DNA of 64,000 nt, taken from assembly GCA_041946735.1 (NCBI GenBank), contig JBHGAY010000018.1:32001-96000 (forward strand), in the 5' to 3' direction. Numbering within the stretch: position 1 is the first letter of the stretch; each line of letters opens with the position of its first letter. This stretch comes from Candidatus Eiseniibacteriota bacterium (GTDB lineage: Bacteria > Eisenbacteria > RBG-16-71-46 > CAIMUX01 > VGJL01). The notes below the pieces were generated by a model. It was not told the DNA's origin, did no database searches, and worked only from the letters and a program-made list of their open reading frames with translations. Made by a program: the position numbers and the translations under genes. Below are positions 40,674 through 49,472 of this stretch, one piece after another.

Positions 40674-41726
40674 CTAGAAGCGGAGCGACGCCGAGATGCG
40701 GTGCGTGTCCCCGAGATCGTCGTGCGGAAGGAAGGCGTAATCGGCGCCGAAGCCGCGGTAGCGGATTCCGCCTCCCGCCGTCCAGTCCCCCGCCGTCGTC
40801 CCGACGCGCGCCGCGACCGCCCGCGAGAACCAGTACTCGACTCCGCCCTGGAAGTCGCCCGCCACCGTTCCGCCGCCGAACTGGCTCGCCGTTTCGCGTC
40901 CCTCGAACGTGAACGCGAAGTCCCCGGCCACCGTGACCTCTCCGCGAAGCCCAGCCAGCTCCCGCGTCCACTGCGCGCCGAGCGCCATCGAGGGATTGAT
41001 CACCTCGCGCGTCCCCGTGTCCCAGGAGATCCGCGTCGTCGTAACGTCGGCCAGTCGCGCGCCGATCGTCAGATCGCGCCGCACGGAGTAGAGCGCTCCC
41101 AGGTCGACCCCCATGCCGAAGCTCGTGTTGTGGAGCAGACCCTGGCGCACCACCTTCAAGTTGCCGCCGAGCTGCAGCCGGTCGCTGGCGCTACGGGCGT
41201 AGGTGAACAGGACTCCCCACTCCGTGTCGCTCGCCTTGCGGAAGTCGTCCGGATCGAACTCGCCGGGGTCCGGCTTTCCGTTGCCGTTGCTGTCCGTCCA
41301 AGCGTCGCGCGTGATGGGGATGTCGTCGACTCCGTAGCGGATGACAGCGAGTCCGACCGAGGTGCCGGTCGTCCCGGGCAGCGGCTGCACGTATCCGAAG
41401 AAGTCATGGTTGGCCAGCTGCCCGAACTGCTCCGCATGCATGAAGAGGACTTCGGGGCGCTCCATCTGGGCGAGCCCCGCAGGATTCCAGTAGGCGGCGG
41501 AGGCGTCGTTCGCGAGAGCGGTGAATGCGCCGCCCATCCCGAGAGCGCGGGCGCCGACTCCGATTCGGAGGAACTCGCCGGCGTACTTGTCGGCGATTGC
41601 GTCGCCGGGGGAGAGCGCGAGGCCAAGGCCCAGGCAGAGGCAGGCGCCCAGGCAAAGGCACAGGCAGGCGCGGGGAGCGATTGCGGCGGCGGGAACGAGA
41701 AGGCGGGCGAGCGCGTGTGACCTCAC
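40674..41726 (-). CDS. PorV/PorQ family (FadL-like) outer-membrane protein
   Basis: FLRIGVGARALGMGGAFTALANDASAAYWNPAGL signature; C-terminal DLGDTHRISASLRF. Confidence 0.85.
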   Translation of the reverse strand: MRSHALARLLVPAAAIAPRACLCLCLGACLCLGLGLALSPGDAIADKYAGEFLRIGVGARALGMGGAFTALANDASAAYWNPAGLAQMERPEVLFMHAEQFGQLANHDFFGYVQPLPGTTGTSVGLAVIRYGVDDIPITRDAWTDSNGNGKPDPGEFDPDDFRKASDTEWGVLFTYARSASDRLQLGGNLKVVRQGLLHNTSFGMGVDLGALYSVRRDLTIGARLADVTTTRISWDTGTREVINPSMALGAQWTRELAGLRGEVTVAGDFAFTFEGRETASQFGGGTVAGDFQGGVEYWFSRAVAARVGTTAGDWTAGGGIRYRGFGADYAFLPHDDLGDTHRISASLRF

Positions 41727-41768
41727 GAGAACCTCCCGGCTATCCGCGAGAGCGGGAGCCGAAGAGAC

Positions 41769-41796
41769 AGTATCGGAGCCTCTCGAAAGGGGTCAA
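41769..41796 (-). promoter_or_regulatory. Possible sigma-70 promoter of the porV-like gene
   Basis: TTGACC-16 nt-GATACT. Confidence 0.4.
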
Positions 41797-41922
41797 TTCC
41801 GGAAAGGCCGCGACGGGGTTCGAGCCCGCTTCTTCCGCTCCGCGGTTTCGCCGCTCCGCCGCGTCCCGGCTTCGCCACTCCCCCGTCGTGCCTTCGCGCC
41901 GCCGCGGCGCCGCGGCAAGCCT

Positions 41923-42336
41923 TCAGTCCCCGGGACCCTCGACCGCGTCGGAGAAGCTCTCGTCCGGATCGGGCGACATCACCGTCTCGTGCCAGTCGAT
42001 GTAGCGCTCCAGGAAATCGCGATCCGCGGGCCGCAGGCTCGTGAACGCGGCCGCCATGGACCAGGGCAGCACCCCGTCCGGCCGCTTCTCGCAGCGCACG
42101 ACGATCCCCTCGCACTCGATGGTGCGCGGCGTCTCTTCCGCGAAGGCGGGGAAGTCGAACCGGAGCGCGAGGCGCGTCAGCGGCCGGACGGCGCGCCCCA
42201 TCCAGCAGGAGAACCCTCCCGCGCTGAAGTCGACCGTCTCGATCCGCGTCGGCGAGACCGGGTCCCCGAACTCGCTCTGCAAGCGGATGGCCGCCCGCTT
42301 GTGCCGCCTGCGATCCGTCACTCCATCCCAGGTCAT
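41923..42336 (-). CDS. PilZ domain protein
   Basis: RxxxR (RRHKR) and DxSxxG (DFSAGG) c-di-GMP motifs; ATGA overlap with the rnr stop. Confidence 0.82.
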   Translation of the reverse strand: MTWDGVTDRRRHKRAAIRLQSEFGDPVSPTRIETVDFSAGGFSCWMGRAVRPLTRLALRFDFPAFAEETPRTIECEGIVVRCEKRPDGVLPWSMAAAFTSLRPADRDFLERYIDWHETVMSPDPDESFSDAVEGPGD

Positions 42337-44666
42337 CGAGCCCTCCCCTTCCTTCGCCCGCTCTTGCCCCCGCGGCCGGGCCGTGGTCGCCTCTGCGGAG
42401 CTTGTACCTTATCTCGATCGGCACGTCGAGCCTTCGTCTTGACCCGGGCGCGCGACGGCGGGCCGGGCGCTTCGTCCCGCCGGCCGCGGCCGCGCGCGCG
42501 CCGCGACTTCCCCGCCTCCGCGGCCCCCGCTTTCGAATGCGGCCGCTTGCCGCGACCCGCCCGCTCTTCGCCCGCGGTGGGCCCGGCGCCGCGCCCGCGC
42601 GCAGCTTCGCGGTCTCCGCGCCCGCGCGCCTTCCTTCCCCCTTCGCGCCGCACAAGCTCCAGGTCGAGGAAGCGATCGCGAAGATCGACCCGGACGATCT
42701 GCGCTTCGACCCGGTCCCCCAGACGCAGCTCCCACTTGCTCCGCTTCTCGACGAACGCGAAGCGCTCCTCGACGTAATGCGCCGCGGGCGGCAACGTCGC
42801 TCGGGCGATGAACCCCTCCACCGGCACGTCTTCGAACTCGACGAAGAGTCCGCTCGGCGTCAGTCCGGTGACCCGTCCCGCGTGCACCTCGCCGATCCGG
42901 CTCTCCGCCCAGCGCAGGACCTTCAGGCGAACGATCTCGCGCTCCGCCTTCTCGGCGGTGCGCTCCGTCTTGGAGGAATGGATCGCGTGGACGGTCGCCG
43001 CTTCTTGCCAGCGCCGCCCGGTCGCGCCGGCCGGCTCGTCGGCATCCGCCTCCGGGTGCCGGATCAGCCAGCGCACGACGCGGTGGTTGAAGAGATCCGG
43101 ATAGCGCCGGATCGGCGAGGTGAAGTGGCAGTAGCGATCGATCCCGAGCCCGAAGTGACCGAGATCGACCGCCGAGTAGACCGCCTGCTTCATGCTCCTC
43201 AGGAAGAATGCGTGGAGGATCGGGGTCAGTCCTCCGCGCGGAAGCCCGACGAGGAATCGCCGGAGCGCAGGAAGGGTGGCGACGTCGCTCGCGCGCGTTC
43301 CGGGCAGCAGCGTGAGTACGAGCTCGGCGAACCGTTCGAGCGCGTCGGCGTCCGGCTCTCCGTGCACCCGAAAGAGCAGCGGCAGTCCGCTCTGTGCGAG
43401 CTGGCGACCGACCATCCGGTTCGCGAGGATCATGAACTCCTCGATCAGCCGGTGGCTCGGGAGCGTCTCGTGGCGCCGGAGCCGGACGGGCATGCCGCTG
43501 GCGTCGAGATCGACCTCCGTCTCGGGGATCTCGAGATCGAAGCCACCCCGCGCGAACCGCGCCGCCCGCAGCTTGGCGGCCAGCTCGTCCATCAGCCGGA
43601 CGGTCGAGACCACTTCGGACGGTCCGGCCCCGCTCTCGATCATCTCCTGCGCCTGCTCGTAGTGCAGGCGCGCGGCGCTGACGATCGATCCTTCATGGAA
43701 GGACGCCGCTCGCGGGGCGCCATCGAGCGCGAGGTCGATCTCGACGGTGAGCACGCGGCGCGGCTCGCCGGGGACGAGGCTCGCGGCGCTCGTCGAAAGC
43801 GCTTCGGGCAGCATCGGGATCACGCCGCCCGGGAAGTAGATGCTGTTGCCGCGCCGCGCCGCCTCGAGGTCGAGCGGCCCCCCTTCGCGGACGAACCAGG
43901 TGACGTCGGCGATGTGGACCTGAAGGCGGTAGCCGTCGGCTTCGCGCTGGATCGAGATCGCGTCGTCGAAGTCCTTCGCGGTCTCCGGATCGATCGTGAC
44001 GACCAGCTTGTCGGCGTAGGAACGACGGCGGGCGCGATCGTCCGGATCGTCCCGCGCGACGGCGGCCACCGCCTCGTCGAGCGCTTCGTCCGGGAAACGG
44101 CCGGGAAGCTGGTAGGCGGTGGAGACGACGAGCGCGTCGAGCGCCGGATCGTTCGGATCGCCGACGACCTCCGTGAGCTTGGCGACCGGCGTCTGGCCGA
44201 TCTCGCGCCCCTCGAGACGGAAGAGGATCTTCGAACCGATCGGCGCCACGCCGGGGCCGGAGCCGGAACCGGGGCCGATCTTCAGGCGCAGGCGCGGGGG
44301 AAGGACCGGAATGTCCGGGACGACGAACAGCGTGCGCGCGAGCTTGATGACGTTGCCGCTGTAGAGCGGATCGGGACGATCGAGGATGCGCTCGACCGCG
44401 CCTTCCGGGCGGAAGTCGTACGGCGCGCGGCGGAAGAGCGACGCCTCCACGCGATCGCCGTGGATCGCCCCGGCGAGGTTCTCGCGCGAGATGAAGATCT
44501 CCTCGCCCCCCTCGTCGGGAGCGAGGAACGCGAAGCCCTGGCGTGTGCCGCGGATCGTCCCTCGAACGAGCAAGCGTCGAGCTCCTCTCGGGCGCAACGG
44601 CCATTCGATCCGAAGAGGGCGGGCGGACCGGGCGGAGCCGGGTCCGTCCCGGAACCGCGCGGCCAC
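42333..44666 (-). CDS. rnr: Ribonuclease R (RNB domain plus S1)
   Basis: GFAF cold-shock domain, TIDPETAKDFDDA, LIEEFMILAN, HFTSPIRRYPDL, S1 domain and basic tail. Confidence 0.93.
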   Translation of the reverse strand: MAARFRDGPGSARSARPLRIEWPLRPRGARRLLVRGTIRGTRQGFAFLAPDEGGEEIFISRENLAGAIHGDRVEASLFRRAPYDFRPEGAVERILDRPDPLYSGNVIKLARTLFVVPDIPVLPPRLRLKIGPGSGSGPGVAPIGSKILFRLEGREIGQTPVAKLTEVVGDPNDPALDALVVSTAYQLPGRFPDEALDEAVAAVARDDPDDRARRRSYADKLVVTIDPETAKDFDDAISIQREADGYRLQVHIADVTWFVREGGPLDLEAARRGNSIYFPGGVIPMLPEALSTSAASLVPGEPRRVLTVEIDLALDGAPRAASFHEGSIVSAARLHYEQAQEMIESGAGPSEVVSTVRLMDELAAKLRAARFARGGFDLEIPETEVDLDASGMPVRLRRHETLPSHRLIEEFMILANRMVGRQLAQSGLPLLFRVHGEPDADALERFAELVLTLLPGTRASDVATLPALRRFLVGLPRGGLTPILHAFFLRSMKQAVYSAVDLGHFGLGIDRYCHFTSPIRRYPDLFNHRVVRWLIRHPEADADEPAGATGRRWQEAATVHAIHSSKTERTAEKAEREIVRLKVLRWAESRIGEVHAGRVTGLTPSGLFVEFEDVPVEGFIARATLPPAAHYVEERFAFVEKRSKWELRLGDRVEAQIVRVDLRDRFLDLELVRREGGRKARGRGDREAARGRGAGPTAGEERAGRGKRPHSKAGAAEAGKSRRARGRGRRDEAPGPPSRARVKTKARRADRDKVQAPQRRPRPGRGGKSGRRKGRAR

Positions 44667-44690
44667 GGCGAAGGGTACAGCAAGAGCGAG

Positions 44691-44723
44691 GAGCCCGGGG
44701 CCTTCACGAAAGACCCCGGACTC
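44691..44723 (-). terminator. Stem-loop downstream of bS22
   Basis: GAGTCCGGGGTCTT-TCGTG-AAGGCCCCGGGCTC hairpin; weak U-tract. Confidence 0.45.
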
Positions 44724-44759
44724 CTCGAACGAACCGAGCGCCGGAACGAGATGCGCGAG

Positions 44760-44855
44760 CTAGCGGATCCGCTTCTTGTGGCGGTTCTTGCGCAGCCGCT
44801 TCTTCCGCTTGTGCGTCGCGATCTTCTTCCGCTTCCGCTTCTTCCCACAGCCCAT
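44760..44855 (-). CDS. Small ribosomal protein bS22/mS38-like (AURKAIP1/COX24 domain), 31 aa
   Basis: Manual translation MGCGKKRKRKKIATHKRKKRLRKNRHKKRIR*; below the ORF-track length cutoff; has its own promoter. Confidence 0.9.
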   Translation of the reverse strand: MGCGKKRKRKKIATHKRKKRLRKNRHKKRIR

Positions 44856-44961
44856 CGGTGCCTACCGATCCTTTCCTGACTCCGACCTCGCCGGCAGATC
44901 CGGCGCTCCTCCTCTGCCGGCCGTACGAAGCGACCGAGCCGATCGACCAAAGAGACGGGGC

Positions 44962-44991
44962 AGTCTAGCAACCGCCTCGAAGGGGTGTCAA
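44962..44991 (-). promoter_or_regulatory. Sigma-70 promoter of bS22
   Basis: TTGACA-18 nt-TAGACT with an extended -10 TG. Confidence 0.7.
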
Positions 44992-45106
44992 CGCCGCCTT
45001 CCGGCTCGGCCGGGCGCCGGTGTGGCGGAACGCCGGTGATTGCTGGACGGGCCGCCGGTGGACCGGCGGCCCACGGCGCCCGCTCCTTCGTAGACCGGCT
45101 CCCGCG

Positions 45107-48100
45107 CTACCGCAGGACTGCGAGCCGCTCCGTCCGGCTTTCCCGCGTGCCGTCCTGCCCGGCGACCGTGACGCGATAGAAATAGACGCCGTTCGCGATC
45201 CGGTCCCCGTCCTCGTCCCGACCGTCCCACGGAATGCCGAAGGCCCCCGCCTGCTCGATCGAGACGTTGCTCGCCTCGATCGTGCGGATCAGATGCCCGG
45301 TGTTCGTGAAGATCCGGATCGTCGCGTCGGCCGGCTGCGTGATCTCGAGGAAGAACGTCGTGTCCCGGTCCATCGGATTCGGGACGTTGTAGACCCTCCC
45401 GAGCGCGAACGCTTCCGCTGTTCCGCCGACGACGGTGAACTCGACGGAGGAAAGCGAGCGCAGATCGCGGTTGTCGGACGCCTCGATCGTCATCGTGTAG
45501 CGACGCCCCGCCTCCAGCTCGGCCGGCAGGCGGAAGGAGACTTCGCCGCGCTGGTAGTCCTCCGGAAAGACGACCTCGGCGGAGAGGTCCTGGAGATGCA
45601 CGAGCTTGCTTCCGTCCTCGATCTTCAACAGGACGGAGCGGGTCGGGATCAGCTGCGTGATGTTGATGCCGCTCGTGTCCTCCAGCATCGCCTCCCAGAT
45701 CGATCCCGCCTCGATCGCCGCGAGGTCGCCGGGGGGAACGATCTCGATCCTCGGCCCCTCGCGATCGGCAGCGGCCGGGGGCGCGATCTCGGGCACGGCG
45801 AGTCCGCTCGTCCGCCCGCCGATCGCGACCGTCTGGCCGCCGGAGACGACGGAGGCGTACGCCTGCGCGGAGCCGCGATCGCCGAGCCGCAGCGCGGTCG
45901 GAGCGAGGAAGACCGATTCGAACCGTCCCTCCCGCACAGGAGCGGTCCCGCGGAAGATCGTCGCGCCGCTCAGGTTGTACTCGAGGAACGCGCTGACCTT
46001 CCGGACGATCTCCGAGTCGTAGACGCGGAAGGACGCCTCCCCGTCGACTCCGCTCTGCAGAGAGCCGCTCGCGTCGACGATCTCCCCCGCGATTCGGACC
46101 TTCTGTCCGCGCAGGATCGTGTCGGGCGCGGCGGAGCCGTCCTCGCGCAGCGCCTCGATCGTGAGCCGGACGCGGTTGCGCGGCTCGGAGAGGCGGACCA
46201 GCGGGTCGCCGAGGAGCGGGTAGCGGCGGCTGTTCAGCTGCTGCGTCGGGTTGACGAGCGTCGACTTCGCGACGAGAGCTGCCTGGCCGAGCGGAAGATC
46301 GACCAGGTAGTCGCGTCCGGGCCAGATCGCCTCGAAGAACTCCTTGTTGAGGAGCGCGTTCGAGCCGGAGAAGGCGACGGCCGAGGCGGAGAAGACCGCG
46401 ATCGCTCCTCCCCCCGGATGCCTCACGAGGGTCTCCCCGAGACCATCGCCGATGAAGTCGTACTTTCCGACCGAGCAGGACGCGGTCAGGAAGAGGAAGA
46501 GACGGTCCGCGTTGCTCATTCCGGCCACGCCGGGCGTCTCGAGGACGCGCTCGTCGGCGAGCTGCCCCTCGCTTCCATGGCCGGTGTAGTTCACGACCAG
46601 CGTTCCCGCGTCGATGCTCGCGCGCAGCGCGGCGGCCGCTGCGGGCTTCCGGTCGTAGAGACACTCCTTGCCGTACTCGTAGAGGAAGACGCGATCGCGC
46701 TCGATCTCCTCCGGAAGGATCTGGTCCGCGAGATCCTCGGTCTGCGACATGTGGAGCGTGCTGAGACCGTCGGGGCGGATTCCCTGGCAGACGTCGTCCG
46801 CCACGAGCGTGAAGCGCTGGCGCCATCCGCCCGGCGCCTGCGCCGTCTCGTAATCGATCGCCTTCTGCACCATCGCCTCGGCCGAGGCCGGACTGTCTGC
46901 CGGGAGCCGTCCGATGGCGAGATCGAGCACCGCATCGTCCTGCGTATCGAAGTCGAGCAGGCCGAACCAGTCGTCCGAGGCGAACTGCGGGCTGTAGGCG
47001 GAGCGGCGCAGGGTCGGATCGTAGTACCCCTCGTAGGTCGGGATGAAGAGCAGGCCGCGCGCGAGGCGATCGCGAAAGTCGAAACTCGCGTCGCCGAAAA
47101 GCAGCACGGAGGACGGCGATCGGCCTGGATCGCCTCCGTTCCAGCGATCGCGCGCGAAGTCGAGAAAGTTGCGAATCGCAGCCGGATCGACGCGGCCGGC
47201 CGAGAACTCGTCGTAGACGTCCTGCACGTCGACCACCTCGATCCGCAACGGGTCCCCCGCCTGCTCCGCCTGCTCCTTGCGGAAGTCGGCGAGGCGGCGG
47301 GCCGCGTCGAGGAACGCTCCGTGCGCGATCACCAGCGCGTCCACCGGCTCTTCGCGCTCCCGCAGGTAGCCCCCTTCGGGAGGAAGATCGACGTGGATCG
47401 CCGGCGTGCGGGCGCGCGCCGAGCCGACGACGAGCATCCGACGCTCCCGGTTCGCCTCGGGGTGGACGGTGAACGAGACCGCCCCCGCGGCGATCGACGG
47501 CGTGATCCTCTCCGGCCGCAGAGGATCGGTCGCGTCGAGGACGATCGTGGCGGAAGGATCGGACAGGCCGCTGACGCGGAAGCCGCGCGCCGCCGAGCCG
47601 GGTTCGACGAGGAAGGCGAGTGAATCGCGCTCCGCCTCGAGCCTCCGCCGGTAGTCGAGTTCGAACCATGCGAGGTAGGAGCGATCGAGCTTGCCCCGAT
47701 AGGGAGCCAGCAGGCGGAGATCGAGATCCTCCTGCGCCAGCGCGACACCGGGAATCTCGAGGTCGAAGTGGCTCACGTCCCCCCAGCTTCCCGCCGCGAG
47801 CGAGTCGTCGCCGAGATAGACGACGATCTGATGATTGCGCTCGGTGAAGCTCGGGGTCGCTCCCCAGAAGCGCAGGAGCATCCGCGCGGGCGAACCGGCG
47901 AGCGGGCGAGGCACGTGGAACGGCACCGTCGTCTTCAGATCGCTCGCGCTGGCGATCAGCTCCTTCCAGAACCAGCGCTCCCATTGCGGGAACGTGTCGG
48001 GGAACGGCCACCGGCCGGCCTGGTACTCCGAGGGGCGGTAATCGTGGGCGAGGTCCTTCTCGAAGTGCAACCGCGCGAGCGCCGCCTCTTCCACCGTCCC

Positions 48101-49189
48101 GGGGAGGCTCGTTCCGTCGAGGACGGTCCAGCGCATCGGCTCCCCTTCGAAGCCGCCCCAGCTCAGCCAATACGCGTTGACGTTCGAGTACAGGTCGGTG
48201 TGGTAGCGCTCGTGCTTGCGGTCGGGCAGGCCGTAGTCGGCGAACCATCCATCCGGCCCGAGGCCATAGAAGAGGATGCGGTCCTGCGGATCGAAGCTCC
48301 CGTCCTCGCCCCCCTCGATCTCGATTGCCGTCTCGTGCAGCCACGGAGGCAGGTCGTTGTACGGCGCCGTCTCGGGAAGCTCGACCCCGGTGCCGGTAAA
48401 AAGCCGAAGCTGCTCGGGAACGATCGACCCGAGGTCGACTCCGGCGGCCTGGAGATCGGTGCCGCTCACCGCCTGCAGTCCCGTGCGATCGACGGAGAGG
48501 ACGATCCACGGTCCGCTCGCCGTCGAGTAATAGTCGGCGCCGTTCCGCCCGCCCGCGCGCGCCGCGCGCGGAATCGACGGGCCGCGCCATCCCCGCGCCT
48601 GCTCGTAGTTGGCGACCGTCGCGCGGTAGACCGGCTCGAAGCGGTCGGAGACCGGCGGCGGGGCCCCTCGGTCCCCCGGATCGTCGAAGCGCACGGTGAC
48701 GGAGATCTCGCGCTCGAGCGCGGCGCCGCCGCCGCTCGCGCGCCGGACGACCGGATGCCACACGATCGGCACGACGCGCTGGCCGCGCATCCAACTCGGC
48801 GCGCCCCACTCGATCGACCGCTCCGGCAGGCGCGACGCCGGAATCGGCTGTCCGTTCGCGTCGACGGCCGGGAGATCGACGCGGTCGCGCGTCTCGAACG
48901 TCACGGTCGCGCCACCCGACGGCGGAATCCCGACGAAGAAGGTGCGGGCCGGGATCGTGATCTCCCCCGACGGATCGGGCTCCTCCAGGAAGCCGTCCAG
49001 AACCAGACGGAGCTGTCCTTCCTCCGCCGGGACGATGACCGGGCCGGCCGCGCCGGTGCGCAGGAGCAGACGCGCGAACCCGGGTCCGGTTTCCACGTCC
49101 GCGATCCCCTCGGGGAACGCGGCGGCGAGGGCGGGGACGAGGCAGAGGATCGTCAGGACGAGAACGGCGGCGAGCGGATGGCGGAGCAG
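45107..49189 (-). CDS. porU: PorU-like type IX secretion sortase (peptidase C25) with C-terminal FlgD-Ig-type domain
   Basis: C25 propeptide; DVYDEFS, LLFGDASFD, ASDDWF, IGRLP; catalytic NYTGHG and LTASCSVG; C-terminal YNVPNP...WDGRDEDGDRIANGVYFY. Probable CTG start at 49189. Confidence 0.85.
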   Translation of the reverse strand: MLRHPLAAVLVLTILCLVPALAAAFPEGIADVETGPGFARLLLRTGAAGPVIVPAEEGQLRLVLDGFLEEPDPSGEITIPARTFFVGIPPSGGATVTFETRDRVDLPAVDANGQPIPASRLPERSIEWGAPSWMRGQRVVPIVWHPVVRRASGGGAALEREISVTVRFDDPGDRGAPPPVSDRFEPVYRATVANYEQARGWRGPSIPRAARAGGRNGADYYSTASGPWIVLSVDRTGLQAVSGTDLQAAGVDLGSIVPEQLRLFTGTGVELPETAPYNDLPPWLHETAIEIEGGEDGSFDPQDRILFYGLGPDGWFADYGLPDRKHERYHTDLYSNVNAYWLSWGGFEGEPMRWTVLDGTSLPGTVEEAALARLHFEKDLAHDYRPSEYQAGRWPFPDTFPQWERWFWKELIASASDLKTTVPFHVPRPLAGSPARMLLRFWGATPSFTERNHQIVVYLGDDSLAAGSWGDVSHFDLEIPGVALAQEDLDLRLLAPYRGKLDRSYLAWFELDYRRRLEAERDSLAFLVEPGSAARGFRVSGLSDPSATIVLDATDPLRPERITPSIAAGAVSFTVHPEANRERRMLVVGSARARTPAIHVDLPPEGGYLREREEPVDALVIAHGAFLDAARRLADFRKEQAEQAGDPLRIEVVDVQDVYDEFSAGRVDPAAIRNFLDFARDRWNGGDPGRSPSSVLLFGDASFDFRDRLARGLLFIPTYEGYYDPTLRRSAYSPQFASDDWFGLLDFDTQDDAVLDLAIGRLPADSPASAEAMVQKAIDYETAQAPGGWRQRFTLVADDVCQGIRPDGLSTLHMSQTEDLADQILPEEIERDRVFLYEYGKECLYDRKPAAAAALRASIDAGTLVVNYTGHGSEGQLADERVLETPGVAGMSNADRLFLFLTASCSVGKYDFIGDGLGETLVRHPGGGAIAVFSASAVAFSGSNALLNKEFFEAIWPGRDYLVDLPLGQAALVAKSTLVNPTQQLNSRRYPLLGDPLVRLSEPRNRVRLTIEALREDGSAAPDTILRGQKVRIAGEIVDASGSLQSGVDGEASFRVYDSEIVRKVSAFLEYNLSGATIFRGTAPVREGRFESVFLAPTALRLGDRGSAQAYASVVSGGQTVAIGGRTSGLAVPEIAPPAAADREGPRIEIVPPGDLAAIEAGSIWEAMLEDTSGINITQLIPTRSVLLKIEDGSKLVHLQDLSAEVVFPEDYQRGEVSFRLPAELEAGRRYTMTIEASDNRDLRSLSSVEFTVVGGTAEAFALGRVYNVPNPMDRDTTFFLEITQPADATIRIFTNTGHLIRTIEASNVSIEQAGAFGIPWDGRDEDGDRIANGVYFYRVTVAGQDGTRESRTERLAVLR

Positions 49190-49190
49190 A

Positions 49191-49394
49191 TCATCCCTCC
49201 TTTCGAGGGGCTCGAGGGCCGGAGTCCGCGTCGAGCGGCTCGGCCTCCTCCACGAGCATGATCGGAATGTCGTCCTGGATCGGGTAGCGGAGCCGGCACG
49301 CATGGCAGATGAGCTTCTGGTTCTGCGGGTCATACTCCAGATCCCCTTTGCACTGGGGACAGACGAGGATGTCGAGGAGTTCCTTGGCGAGCAT
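49191..49394 (-). CDS. Trm112 family protein (YcaR-like)
   Basis: [14 protein letters not shown]...[24 protein letters not shown]. Confidence 0.92.
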   Translation of the reverse strand: MLAKELLDILVCPQCKGDLEYDPQNQKLICHACRLRYPIQDDIPIMLVEEAEPLDADSGPRAPRKEG

Positions 49395-49443
49395 CCTACC
49401 TCCCGGGGCGCGGCGGCTGCAGGACCGCCCCTTGCCGCCGTTG

Positions 49444-49472
49444 ACCCTAACAACCCATGCCGGAAGCGTCAA
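49444..49472 (-). promoter_or_regulatory. Possible sigma-70 promoter for trm112-porU
   Basis: TTGACG-17 nt-TAGGGT with an extended -10 TG. Confidence 0.45.
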
